Source: Bugula neritina (lineage: Eukaryota > Animalia > Bryozoa). Taken from it: a stretch of 64,000 nucleotides of DNA. This document shows positions 46,644 to 61,300 of the stretch, one piece after another (position 1 is the first letter of the stretch; the number at the start of each line of letters is the position of its first letter). The DNA lies in contig OZ037771.1 in NCBI GenBank assembly GCA_964035545.1, forward strand, positions 9,612,280 to 9,676,279, given 5' to 3'. Made by a program: the position numbers and the translations under genes. The notes beneath the pieces were generated by a model. It saw only the letters and a program-made list of their open reading frames with translations. It made no database searches and was not told where the DNA came from.

Positions 46644-49320
46644 GTTGCGTACCCAGTGGTGTAAATATAAACACTACCGGGGGTAAAGAAAAGAGCAAAG
46701 CCAGCTCGCTAGTGAAGGGGGTATTATGCAATCACTTTCACTGCGAAGAGCGTTTTTTTCTATTTCAACTGCCAACGTGCACGCATGTACTTGGCAGGCT
46801 GGCGTACTACGTAGCCTAAGTGGGCAGCAGACTAACGTCGTGGCTGTTTTATGGTAAGTCTACTAGTATAATTCTAATAATTAAGTAGAATTCAAGCTGG
46901 TAGCTTAAATCAGTCTCGCTTTATCATAACGATAAAGCTAGTTTCCAAAGTCAGGTGATTCACTGACGACTTGAGTGAGGCAGTCGACCGCATGATTTAA
47001 TAATAATCAGTGGTTAGTAGATTGCGAGACTCAGTCGAGGTGTCGTACTGACAGGTGCAAACCCCTTCAACAGTTTCTGGCATTCTGTTGCAGGTGAGAC
47101 TTTAATGGCGGAGCATAATTCTTTCTCCTGGCACCACCGTCGCGCAGTCACCCATCATTCATTACGTTACTTTTCGACGCGATGCTGACTGTTTGACTTG
47201 CTTCTTGGAGTGCCATAATAGCAATTCTGGTGACTGTCGTGGCGGATGGTGCCTTACAACAGCAAGGTGCAGAGAGGCAACTAAACAGAGGAGTTCTTCT
47301 CTCTTCTCGTCCTGGCGATGACGTATCGACATAATAATACTGCAATGAGGGATACAACTAGACAGAGCAGTTCTTCTCTCTTCTCGTCCTGATGACGACG
47401 TACCGACGTAATAATAATAAGAAGTAACAAGTAATATTAAAGAATCCTGCATGAAGTAATAATTAAATATAAAAGTCAAGATGAAGAAGCCTTAAATTCC
47501 CCCCTTTGGGAATTCGACGGTGATTAGTGTGGATGCTAGTATTCGACACGACCCTCTAAAAAGAGACCAACAACCCCCCTTTCTTCTCCCCCCTTTGGAG
47601 AGATTCCTTTGCCACGCTTGATTCTTCTGGGGGCTTGTCGAGGCCACCCATTGCTGTGTTCGGACTATGTGAATGTGATACAGTATATCTCCTTCCCTCC
47701 CTATGTTTATGCTGCCTTACATTATCTGGTGAGAGACACTCGACCCTGCGACGGATCATGATCGATCGTCTTGTTAATATTGTAAATCACTTTGATTATG
47801 TTATTTTGTGTCCTCTTATTCCTGTTTACTTTTTAATCTTTTATTTTATTTTTAATGTTGTCATGCAAGCCTTAATTATAGAGTGTACCTTTCGATAGGT
47901 GTGGAGAGTGTAATGGATTTCAGTGGTGCAATTTATTGTTAGTTATTATATCGAAAGAGTCGACTCTATACTGTATGCTATTGTGGAGATCGACTACATC
48001 AACCTCCAGCGACTTGTAGCTATGGCCAACAGTGGCACCACTAGTAACAACCAATCAGGACTGATGCACTAATTGATAGCAGGTGGAGCTAGCTACTCGT
48101 AGTGGAAGCGGGCTGAATAGTTAGCCAGGCAGAGCAGCTTAGGACTTCGTTTAGAGTAGTTGTGTATAAAGCTCACTTATTATGTAATCGTTTCAATTCA
48201 TGTTAGCAGTAAATAAAACTTCTTGTATCTTGTAATAGATATACTTATCATAGCGTAAACAACCTGGTGTAGTGGCTTTGTTTAAGTCGACCCACACATA
48301 ATATAGTGAATTGTAAAATTCACTACATAATTTTCATAAAAAATTTGCTCACTAATTTGCTACCGCCTATTGCAGCAGAGACAAGACAAGAATGACAAGT
48401 GATGAGAGATGATTGAAGAAACCTTATATGTGACGAGTAGGTTATGATGATTAATGTCGGCCAATATCAAAAAAATGTCCCGAATTATTCCACTAGCTTT
48501 GTGATTTCACTATTACAGTTACTGATTTTACAGTGATTTAAACAAATGAACACTAATTCAGCCTAGTTATATTTAGCTTAACAAAAACAAGATTATAAAA
48601 AGAAGTGTTGATGTGCTATTACTTAGTTTAGGTGATTATGGTATGTAAGAAACTCAAGTGTTGTAGATATAATGATACGTTAAAACAACTTATCAATCGA
48701 GTTAGTTGTTTGTTGACTGCTGGCTCTGTCTGCATAGTTCTGATGTCTGATGCTGTGCTAGTTGTAGAAATGATGTACTGGTGATGATAATTGAAACTGA
48801 GTACATACAGGAACTGAAACTGGATCCTTACTGGCTTTATAGTTTGTTTGCTTGGTTGATTTTTTAAGTACTCTACTTCAAGGTAATAAATTGCAGCAGG
48901 GTTTGTGTCTCCTTGGTAAAGGCAACAACTGTTAAGAACTGGTCTTTTCAATAATAGGTAGAGTTTTGCTGGAAGGTCTGCCCCAGTTTAATTAGAACAG
49001 GTTGCACTGCTGGATTTATGCTGATGTTTATTGAAACTAACTGGTAACCAACGTGAAACTACAATAATAAAATTTAATAATAGAGATATTGATGAACAGA
49101 AAAATTAAACATAAAACATTACCAATGGTCAAAATACCTCTATTACTCTTCCTGGGAAAAGTTGAAATTAAATGTATAAATTTGTGATAGTGAAAGGTTG
49201 ATAAAAAATCAAAAATGACTGGTGAGAATTACAACAGTCAGCGGAGAAAAGCATAAGACTCTGGAATGAAGAATAAAACACCTCAGCTATTATAATTCCT
49301 GGCTACAAGCTATAAAAAGC

Positions 49321-52300
49321 TTAGCACTTTTGGGCATGTTTTAGCACCTTTGGGCAGTGTTAAGCACACTAAGTCTACTATTAGCATTATTGGGCACGTT
49401 TCAGAATCCCTGGGCACTTATTGATACTAGTATAATATTTCGCTCAATTTAGCACATTTAGGCATGTTTTAGCACATTTGGGCACTGTTAAGCACAGTAG
49501 TTCTACTATTAGCATTATTGGGCACGTTTCAGAATCCCTGGGCACTTATTGATACTAGTATATTATTTCGCTCAATTTAGCACATTTAGGCATGTTTTAG
49601 CACATTTGGGCACTGTTAAGCACAGTAGTTCTACTATTAGCACTAATGGGCACGTTTCAGAACCTCTGAACACTTATTGGTACAATTGCCATATTTGGCA
49701 TGTTTTAGCACATTTTGGCATGTTTTAGCACATTTTGGCATGTTTTAGCACATTTAGGACCTGTTGGCACATTTGTTCCGTTTGTAGCATTATTGGACAC
49801 GTTTCAGAACCCCTGGGCACTTATTGATACTAGTATAATATTTGGCTCAATTTAGCACATTTAGGCATGTTTTAGCACATTTGGGCACTGTTAAGCACAG
49901 TAGTTCTACTATTAGCACTATTGTGCGCGTTTCAGAATCTCTGGGCACTTATTAGTACTAGTAGTATATTTGGCTCAATTTAGCACATTTGAGCATGTTT
50001 TAGCACATTTTTGCACGTTTTAGCAGATTTGGGCACTGTTAAGCACATTTGTTCTGTTTGTAACACTATTGGGTGCATTTCAGTACTTTTGTGCACTTAT
50101 TAGTACTATTAGCTTAATTGGTTCAATTTAGCACATTTGAGCATGTTTTAGCACATTTGGGCATGGTTGAGCACAGTAGTTCTACTAATAGCACTATTGT
50201 GCACGTTTCAGAATCTCTGTGCACTTATTAATACTAGTAGTATATTTGGCTCAATTTAGCACATTACGGCATGTTTTAGCACATTTTGGTAGTTTTAGCA
50301 CATTAGGGGATGTTTTAGCACATTTTGGCATGTTTTAGCACATTTGGGCACTGTTAGCACATTTGTTCTGTTGGTAGCACTATTGGGTGCGTTTCAGAAC
50401 CTCTGGGCAATTATTGGTACTAGTAGTATATTTGGCTCAATTTAGCACATTACGGCATGTTTTAGCACATTTTGGTAGTTTTAGCACATTTGGGCACTGT
50501 CAAGCACATTTGTTCTGTTTGTAACACTATTGGGTGTGTTTCAGTACTTCTGTGCACTTATTGGTACTATTAGCATATTTGGCTCAATTTAGCACACATG
50601 GGCATGTTTTAGCACATTTGGGCGTGTTTTAGTACATTTGGGCACTGTCAAGCACATTTGCTCTGTTTGTAGCACTAATGGGTGCGTCTCAGACCCTCTG
50701 GGCACTTATTGGTACAAGTAGTATATTTGGCTCAATTTAGCACAATTGGGCATGTTTTAGCCCATTTGGGCACTGGTGAGCACAGTAAATCTACTATTAG
50801 CAATATTGGGCGCGTTTCAGCACCGCTGGGCACTTATTGGCGCTATTAGCAAGTTTGGCTCAATTTAGATCATTTGAGCATGTTTTAGCACATTTTAGCT
50901 TGTTTTAGCACATTCGGGCACTGTTAAGCACATTTGTTCTGTTTGTAGCACTATTGGGTGCGTTTCAGAATCTCTGGGCACTTATTGGCACTAGTAGTAT
51001 ATTTGGCTCAATTTAGCACATTTTGGCATTTTTTTGCACATTGGGGCACTGTTAAGCTCTTTTTTTCTGTTTGTAGCGCTATTGGGTGCGTTTCAGTACT
51101 TCTGGGCACTTATTGGTAGTGTTAGCATATTTGACCTAATTTAGCACATTTGGGCATGTTTTAGGACATTTGGGCACTGTGGAACACAGTAGTTCTACTA
51201 TTAGCACTATTGGATGCGTTTCAGTACTTCTGGGCACTAACTAGTATTATTAGCATATTTGACTTAATTTAGCACATTTGGGCATGTTTTAGGACATTTG
51301 GGCACTGTGAAACACAGTAGTTCTACTATTAGCACTATTGGGTGTGTTTGAGTACTTCTGTGCACTTATTGGTACTATTAGCATATTCGTCTCAATTCAG
51401 TACATTCGGGCATGTTTTAGCACATTGAGGAATGTTCTAGCACATTTTTGCAGTGTTAAGCACACTAGTTCTACTATTAGCACTATTGGGCACGTTTCAG
51501 AACCTCTGGGCACTGAATGGTACTATTAGCATATTTGGCTCAATTAAGCACACTTAGGCATGTTTCAGCCCATTTGGCAATGTTTTTGCAGATTTGGGCA
51601 CTGTTAAGCACCCTAGTCCTACTATTAGCACTATTGGGCATGTTTCAGAACCTCTGGGCACTAATGGGTACTATTAGCACAATTGGCTCATCGTAGCACA
51701 TTTGGGCACGTTTGAGCACTGTTGAGCACACTTGTTCTACTTTTAGCACTATTCGACACGTTTCAGAACCTCTGGGCGCTTATTGGTGCTATAAGTGTAA
51801 TTGGCTCGATTTAGCACATTTGGGCACATTTGGGCACATTTGGGCACTGTTAAGCGCACTAGATCTACTATTTGCACTATTGGGCACATTTCAGAACCCC
51901 TGGGCGCTTATTGGTGTTATTAGTATATTTGGCTCAATTTAGCACATTTGGGCATGTTTTAGCACATTTGTGCACTGTTAAGCACACTAGTTCTACTATC
52001 AGCACTATTGGGCACGTTTCAGAACCTCTGGGCACTAATAGGTACTATTAGCGTGTTTGGCTCAATTCAGAACATTTTTGCATGTTTTAGGACATTTGGG
52101 CATGTTTTAGCCCAATTGGGAATGATTTAGCAGATTTGGGCACTGTTAAGCACACTAGTCCTGCTATTAGCATTATTGGTAAGTTTAAGGACCTCTGGGA
52201 GCCTATTGGTGCTATTAGTGTGATTCGCTTAGATCATTAGAGCATGTTTTAGCCCATTTTGGGCGCAGTTGAGCACAGTAGTTCTACTAATAGCACTAAT

Positions 52301-55300
52301 GTCCGCGTTTCAGAATCTCTGGGCACTTATTTGTACTATTAGCATGTTTGGCTCAATTTAGTACATTTGGGCACGTTTTAGCCCATTTTGGAATGTTTTA
52401 ACAGATTTGGGTACTGTTAAGCACACTAGTCCTAATATTAGCAGTATTTTGCGCGTTTCAGAATTTCTGCACACTAATAGGTACTATAAGCACCATTGGC
52501 TCAAATTAGCACAATTGGGCATGTTTTAGCACGTTTTGGCACTGTTGAGCACACTTGTTCTGGTTTTGGCACTATTGGGCAGGTTTCAGAACTTCTGAGC
52601 ACTAAAAAGTACTGTTAGCATGTTTGGCTCAATCTAGCACATTTGGGCATGTTTTAGCACATTTGGGCACTGTTAAGCACACTAGTCCTAATATTAGCAC
52701 TATTGGACATGTTTCAGAACCTCTGGACACTAATAGGTACTATTAGGACCATTGGCTCAATTTAGCACATTTGGGCATGTTTTAGCTCGTTTTGGCACTT
52801 TTGAGCACACTTGTTCTAGTTTGAGCACTATTGGGTAGTTTCAGAATTTCTGGGCACTTATTGGTACTATTAGCATATTTGGCTCAATTTAGTACATTTG
52901 GCTCAATTTAGTACATTTGGGCATGTTTTAGCACATTTGGGCATGTTTCAGAACCTCTGGGCACTTATTGGTACTATTAGCATATTCGGCTCAGTTTAGT
53001 ACATTTGGGCATGTTTTACCCCATTTGGGCACTGTTGAGAACACTAGTTCTACTATGAGCACTATTGGGCACATTTCGGAACCTGTCGGCACTTATTGGT
53101 ACAGTTACCATAATTGGCTCAATTTAGAACATTTGGGCATGTTTTAGCCCATTTGGGAATGTTTTAGCAAGTTTGGGCACTGTTAAGCACACTAGTCCTA
53201 ATATTAGCACTATTTGGCACGTTTCAAATATTCTGCGCACTAATAGGTTCTATTAGCACAATTGGCTCATTTTAGCACATTTGGGCATGTTTTAGCACGT
53301 TTGGGCACTATTGAGCACACTTGTTCTAGTTTTGGCACTATTGGGCATGTTTCAGAACTTCTGGACACTAATAGGTACTATTAGGACCATTGGCTCAATT
53401 TAGCACATTTGGGCATGTTTTAGCATGTTTTGGCACTGTTGAGCACACTTGTTCTAGTTTTGGCACTATTGGGTCCGTATCAGACCTTCTGTTCACTAAA
53501 AGGTACTATTAGCATATTTGGCTCAATTTAGTACATTTGGGCATGTTATAGCCCATTTGGGAATGTTTTAGCAGATTTGGGCACTGTTGCGCACAAAAGT
53601 TCTACTATCCGCACTATTGCGCACATTTCAGAAGCTCTGGGCACTTATTGGTACTATTACCATCTTTGGCTCAATTTAGTACATTTGGGCATGTTTTTGC
53701 CCAATTGGGCACTGTTGAGCACACTTGTTCTAGTTTTAGCACTATTGGGCACGTTTCAGAACTTCTGGGCACTTATAGGTACTATTAGCATATTTGGCTC
53801 AACTTAGTACATTTGGGCATGTTTTAGCCCATTTGGGCACTGTTGAGAACACCAGTTCTACTATGAGCACTATTGGGCACGTTTCGGAACCTGTGGGCAC
53901 TTACTGGTACTATTACCATGTTTGGCTCAATTTAGTACATTTGGGCATGTTATAGCCCATTTGGGAATGTTTTAGCCGATTTGGGCACTGTTAAGCACAA
54001 TAGTTCTACTATCAGCACTATGTGGCACATTTCGGAACCTCTGGGCACTTATTGGCACTATTACCATGTTTGGCTCAATTTAGTACATTTGGGCATGTTT
54101 TTGCCCAATTGGGCACTGTTGAGCACACTTGTTCTAGTTTTAGCACTATTGGGCACATTCCAGAACTTCTGGGCACTTTTTGGTACTATTAGCATATTTG
54201 GCTCAATTTAGTACATTTGGGCATGTTTTAGCCCATTTGGGAATGTTTTAGCAGATTTGTGCACGGTTAAGCACCCTAGTCCTATTATTAGCACTATTGT
54301 GCAAGTTTAGGAACCTCTGGGCGCTTATATGTGCTATTTGTGTATTTTGCTCAAATTAATACATTTGGGCATGTTTTAGTTAATTGGGGAATCTTTAGCA
54401 GATTTGGGCACTGTTAAGCACACTAGTCCTAATATTAGCACTATTTGGCACATTTCGGAACCTGTGGGCACTTATTGGTACTATTACCATAATTGGCTCA
54501 ATTTAGAATATTTGGGCATGTTTTAGCCCATTTTGGAATGTTATAGTAGGTTTGGGCACTGTTAAGCACACTAGTTCTACTATTAGCACTATTCTGCACG
54601 TTTCTGAACCTGTGGGCACTTATTGGTACTATTAGCATATTTGGCTCAATTTAGTACATTTGGGCATGTTTTCGCCCATTTTGGAATGTTTTAGCAGATT
54701 TGGGCACTGTTAAGCACACTAGTCCTAATATTAGCACTATTTGGCACGTTTCAAATATTCTGCGCACTAATAGGTACTATTAGCACAATTAGCTCAATTT
54801 AGCACATTTGGGCATGTTTTAGCACGTTTGGGCACTATTGAGCACACTTGTTCTAGTTTTGTCACTATTGGGCATGTTTCAGAACTTCTGGACAATAATA
54901 GGTACTATTAGGACCATTGGCTCAATTTAGCACATTTGGGCATGTTTTAGCACGTTTTGGCACTGTTGAGCACACTTGTTCTGGTTTTGGCACTATTGGG
55001 CATGTTTCAGAACCTCTTGGCAATTATTGGTATTATTAGCATATTCGGCTTAATTTAGTACATTTGGGCATGTTTTAGCCCGTTTGAGAATGTTTTAGCA
55101 GATTTGTGCGCGGTTAAGCACCCTAGTCCTACTATTAGCACTATTGTGCAAGTTTAGGAACCTCTGGGCGCTTATTTGTGCTATTTGTGTATTTGGCTCA
55201 AATTATTACATTTGGGCATGTTTTAGTTAATTGGGGAATCTTTTAGCACATTTGGGCACTGTTGGGCACACTAGTTCTACGATTAGCATTACTGGGCACG

Positions 55301-58300
55301 TTTCAAACTTCTTGGCACTAACAGGTACTATTAACATGTTTGGCTCAATGAAGCACATTTTTGCATGTTTTAGGACATTTTGGCACTGTTGAGCACACTA
55401 GTTCTACTATTAGCACTATTGGGCACGTTTCAGAACCTCAAGGCACTTATTGGTACTATTAGCATATTCGGCTCAATTTAGTACACTTGGGCATGTTATA
55501 GCCCATTTGGGAATGTTTTAGCAGATTTGGGCACTGTTAAGCACATTAGTTCTACTATCAGCACTATTGGTCACATTTCAGAACCTCTGGGCACTTATTG
55601 GTACTATTAGCATATTTGGGCTCAATTTAGTACATTTGTGCATGTTTTAGCCCATTTGGGCACTGTTGAGAACACCAGTTCTACTATGAGCACTATTGGG
55701 CACATTTCGGAACCTGTGGGCACTTACTGGTACTATTACCATAATTAGCTCAATTTAGAACATTTGGGCATGTTTTAGCCCATTTGGGAATGTGTTAGCA
55801 GATTTGTGCACGGTTAAGCACCCTGTCCTACTATTAGCACTAATGTGCAAGTTTAAGAACCTCTTGGCGCTTATTCGTGCTATTTGTGTATTTGGCTAAA
55901 ATTAATACATTTGGGCATGTTTTAGTTAATTGGGGAATCTTTTAGCACATTTGGGCACTGTTGAGCATACTAGTTCTACGATTAGCATTACTGGGCACGT
56001 TTCAGAACTTCTGGGCACTAATAGGTACTTTTAGCACCATTGGTCCATTTTAGCACATTTGGGCATGTGTTAGCACGTTTTGGCACTGTCGAGCACACTT
56101 GTTCTAGTTTTGGCACTAGTGGGTCCGTATCAGAACTTCTGTTCACTAAAAGGTACTGTTAGTATATTTGGCTCAATTGAGTACATTTGGGAATGTTTAA
56201 GCAAAATTGGGCACTGTTAAGCACACTAGTCCTACTATTAGCACTATTGGACATGTTTCAGAACCTCTGGGCACTTATTGGTACTATTAGCATATTTGGC
56301 TCAATTTAGTACATTTGGGCATGTTTTTGCCCAATTGGGCATTGTTGAACACACTTGTTCTAGTTTTGGCACCATTGAGTCTGATCAGAACCTCTGGGCA
56401 CTTATTGGTATTATTAACATATTTGGCCCAATTTAGTACATTTGGGCATGTTTTTGCCCAATTGGGCACTGTTGAGCACACTTGTTCTAATTTGAGCACT
56501 ATTGGGTAGTTTCAGAATTTCTGGGCACTTATTGGTACTATTAGCATATTTGGCTCATTTTAGTACATTTGGGCATGTTTTAGCACATTTTAAGATGTTT
56601 TAGCACATTTGGGCACTGTTAAACACACTTGTTCGAGTTTTAGCACTATTGGGCACGTTTCAGAACTTCTGGTCACTAACAGGTACTATTAACATGTTTG
56701 GCTCAATGTAGCACATTTTGGCATGTTTTAGGACATTTGGGCACTGTTAAGCACACTAGTTCTTCTATTAGCACTATTGGGCACGTTTCAGAACCTCTGG
56801 GCACTTATTGGTACTGTTAGCATATTTGGCTCAATTTAGTACATTTGGGCATGTTTTAGCCCATTTGGGCACTGTTGAGAACACTAGTTCTACTATGAGC
56901 ACTATTGGGCACATTTCTGAACCTGTGGGCACTTATTGGTACTATTACCATAATTGGCTCAATTTAGAACATTTGGGCATGTTTTAGCCCAATTGGGAAT
57001 GTTTTAGCAGGTTTGGGCACTGTTAAGCACACTAGTTCTACCATTAGCACTATTCTGCACGTTCTTGAACCTGTGGGCACTTATTGGTACTATTAGCATA
57101 TTTGGCTCAATTTAGTACATTTGGACATGTTTTAGCCCATTTTGGAATGTTTTAACAGATTTGGGCACTGTTAAGCACACGAGTCCTAATATTTGCATTA
57201 TTTGGCACGTTTCAAATATTCTGCGCACTAATACGTAGTATTAGCACAATTAGCTCAATTTAGCACATTTGGGCATGTTTTAGCCCATTTGGGCACTATG
57301 GAGAACACTAGTTCTACTATTAGCACTATTGGGCACATTTCGGAACCTGTGGGCACTTACTTGTACTATTACCATAATTGGCTCAATTTAGAACATTTGG
57401 GGATGTTTTAGCCCATTTGGGAATGTTTTAGCAGATTTCTGCACGGTTAAGCACCCTAGTCCTACTATTAGCACTAATGTGCAAGTTTAACAAGCTCTGG
57501 GCGCTTATTTGTGCTATTTGTGTATTTGGCTAAAATTGATACATTTGGGCATGTTTTAGTTAATTGGGGAATCTTTTAGCACATTTGGGCACTGTTGAGC
57601 ACACTAGTTCTACGATTAGCATTACTGGGCACGTTTCAGAACTTCTGGGCACTAATAGGTACTTTTAGCACCATTGGTGTATTTTAGCACATTTGGGCAT
57701 GTTTTAGCACGTTTTGGGACTGTTGAGCACACTTGTTCTAGTTTTGGCACTATTGAGTCCGTATCAGAACCTCTGGGCACTTATTGGTACTATTAACATA
57801 TTTGGCTCAATTTAGTACATTTGGGCATGTTTTTGCCCAATTGGGCACTGTTGAGCACACTTGTTCTAGTTTGAGCACTATTGGGTAGTTTCAGAATTTC
57901 TGGGCACTTATTGGTACTATTAACAAATTTGGCTCAATTTAGTACATTTGGGCATGTTTTAGCACATTTGGGCATGTTTTAGCGCATTTGGGCGCTGTTA
58001 AACACACTTGTTCTAGTTTTAGCATTATTGGGCACGTTTCAGAAATTCTGGGCAGTAACAGGTACAATTAACATGTTTGGCTCAATGTAGCACATTTTGG
58101 CATGTTTTAGGACATTCGGGCACTGTTAAGCACACTAGTTCTTCTATTAGCACTATTGGGCACGTTTCAGAACCTCTGGGCACTTATTGGTACTGTTAGC
58201 ATATTTGGCTCAATTTAGTACATTTGGGCATGTTTTAGCCCATTTGGGCACTGTTGAGAACACTAGTTCTACTATGAGCACTATTGGGCACATTTCTGAA

Positions 58301-61300
58301 CCTGTGGGCACTTATTGGTACTATTACCATAATTGGCTCAATTTAGAACATTTGGGCATGTTTTAGCCCAATTGGGAATGTTTTAGCAGGTTTGGGCACT
58401 GTTAAGCACACTAGTTCTACTATTAGCACTATTCTGCACGTTTTTGAACCTGTGGGCACTTATTGGTACTATTAGCATATTTGGCTCAATTTAGTACATT
58501 TGGACATGTTTTAGCCCACTTTGGAATGTTTTAGCAGATTTGGGCACTGTTAAGCACACTAGTCCTAATATTTGCACTATTTGGCACGTTTCAAATATTC
58601 TGCGCACTAATAGGTAGTATTAGCACAATTGGCTCAATTTAGCACATTTGGGCATGTTTTAGGACATTTGGGCACTGTTAAGCACACTAGTTCTTCTTAT
58701 AGCACCATTGGGCACGTTTCAGAACCTCTGGGCACTTATTGGTACTGTTAGCATATTTGGCTCAATTTAGTACATTTGGGCATGTTTTACCCAATTTGGG
58801 AATGTTTTAGCAGATTCGGGCACTGTTAAGCACACTAGTTCTACTATCAGCACTATTGGGCACATTTCAGAACCTCTGGGCACTTATTGGTACTATTACC
58901 ATGTTTGGCTCAATTTAGTACATTTGGGCATGTTTTTGCCCAATTGGGCACTGTTGAGCACACTTGTTCTAGTTTTGGCACTATTGGGCACGTTTCCGAT
59001 TTTCTGGCACTTATTGGTACTGTTAGCATATTTGGCTCAATTTAGTACATTTGGGCATGTTTTAGCCCATTTGGGCACTGTTGAGAACACTAGTTCTACT
59101 ATGAGCACTATTGGGCACATTTCTGAACCTGTGGGCACTTATTGGTACTATTACCATAATTGGCTCAATTTAGAATATTTGGGCATGTTTTAGCCCAATT
59201 GGGAATGTTTTAGCAGGTTTGGGCACCGTTAAGCACACTAGTTCTACTATTAGCACTATTCTGCACGTTTTTGAACCTGTGGGCACTTATTGGTACTATT
59301 AGCATATTTGGCTCAATTTAGTACATTTGGACATGTTTTAGCCCATTTTGGAATGTTTTAGCAGATTTGGGCACTGTTAAGCACACTAGTCCTAGTATTT
59401 GCACTATTTGGCACGTTTCAAATATTCTGCGCACTAATAGGTATTATTAGCACAATTAGCTCAATTTAGCACATTTGGGCATGTTTTAGCACGTTTGGGC
59501 ACTATTGAGCACACTTGTTCTAGTTTTTTTACTATTGGCCATGTTTCAGAATTTCTGGACACTAACAGGTGCTATTAGGACCATTGGCTCAATTTAGCAC
59601 ATTTGGGCATGTTTTAGCACGTTTTGGCACTGTTGAGCACACTTGTTCTGGTTTTGGCACTATTGGGTCCGTATCAGAACTTCTGGGCACTAAAAGGTAC
59701 TATTAGGATATTTGGCTCAATTTAGTACATTTGGGAATGTTTTAGCAGATTTGGGCACTGTTAAGCACATTAGTTCTACTATCAGCACTATTGGGCACAT
59801 TTCAGAACCTCTGGGCACTTATTGGTACTATTACCATGTTTGGCTCAATTTAGTACATTTGGGTATGTTTTTGCCCAATTGGGCACTGTTGAGCACACAT
59901 GTTCTAGTTTTAGCACTATTGGGCACGTTTCAGAACTTCTGGGCACTTATTGGTACTATTAGCATATTTGGCTCAATTCAGTACATTTGTGCATGTTTTA
60001 GCCCATTTGGGCACTGTTGAGAACACTAGTTCTACTATGAGCACTATTGGGCACATTTCGGAACCTGTGGGCACTTACTGGTACTATTACCATAATTGGC
60101 TCAATTTAGAACATTTGGGCATGTTTTAGCCCATTTGAGAATGTTTTAGCAGATTTCTGCACGGTTAAGCACCCTAGTCCTACTATTAGCACTAATGTGC
60201 AAGTTTAAGAACCTCTGGGCGCTTATTTGTGCTATTTGTGTATTTGGCTAAAATTAATACATTTGGGCATGTTTTAGTTAATTGGGGAATCTTTTAGCAC
60301 ATTTGGGCACTGTTGAGCACACTAGTTCTACGATTAGTATTACTGGGCACGTTTCAGAACTTCTGGGCACTAATAGGTACTTTTAGCACCATTGGTGTAT
60401 TTTAGCACATTTGGGCATGTTTTAGCACGTTTTGGGACTGTTGAGCACACTTGTTCTAGTTTTGGCACTATTGAGTCCGTATCAGAACCTCTGGGCACTT
60501 ATTGGTACTATTAACATATTTGGCTCAATTTAGTACATTTGGGCATGTTTTTGCCCAATTGGGCACTGTTGAGCACACTTGTTCTAGTTTGAGCACTATT
60601 GAGTAGTTTCAGAAATTCTGGGCAGTAACAGGTACTATTAACATGTTTGGCTCAATGTAGCACATTTTGGCATGTTTTAGGACATTCGGGCACTGTTAAG
60701 CACACTAGTTCTTCTATTAGCACTATTGGCCACGTTTCAGAACCTCTGGGCACTTATTGGTACTATCAGCATATTTGGCTCAATTTAGTACATTTGGGCA
60801 TGTTTCACCCCATTTGGGAATGTTTTAGCAGATTTGGGCATTGTTAAGCACACTAGTTCTACTATTAGCACTATTCTGCACGTTTCTGAATCTGTGGGCA
60901 CTTATTGGTACTATTAGCATATTTGGCTCAATTTAGTGCATTTGGGCATGTTTTAGCCCATTTTGGAATGTTTTAGCAGATTTGGGCACTGTTAGGCACA
61001 CTAGTCTTAATATTAGCACTATTTGGCACGTTTCAAATATTCTGCGCACTAATAGGTACTATTAGCACAATTGGCTCAATTTAGCACATTTGGGCATGTT
61101 TTAGCACGTTTGGGCACTATTGAGCACACTTGTTCTAGTTTTGTCACTATTGGGCATGTTTCAGATTTTTTGGACACTAATAGGTACTATTAGGACCATT
61201 GGCTCAATTTAGCACATTTGGGCATGTTTCAGCACGTTTTGGCACTGTTGAGCACACTTGTTCTAGTTTTGGCACTATTGGGTCCGTATCAGAACTTCTT

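Larger units (their letters stand above)
40773..48327 (+). mobile_element. Ty3/Gypsy LTR retrotransposon G4, full length, nested in the BEL leader
   Basis: 419-bp LTRs 40773-41191 and 47909-48327 (about 20 differences by eye), TSD GAAT/TAAT, PBS TGGTGGCAGCAGTGGGAT, PPT GGAGAG. Confidence 0.96.
30917..49321 (-). mobile_element. BEL/Pao LTR retrotransposon (degenerate) with three nested insertions
   Basis: 3' LTR 30917-31492 (PPT AGGTTGGAG|TG); 5' LTR 48970-49321 truncated by satellite; gag (PMFSGDPLKY, Cys knuckles), PR (ALVDS), RT (DIERMFHQ, FYVDD), RH (LHTFADAS), IN (GIDCFGPF), C-terminal ...VVRSV...RPLSNLVVL. Confidence 0.92.

Noticed and set aside
48628-48951. 107-aa minus-strand ORF
   Set aside because: Lies in the BEL 5' leader, with no recognisable domain
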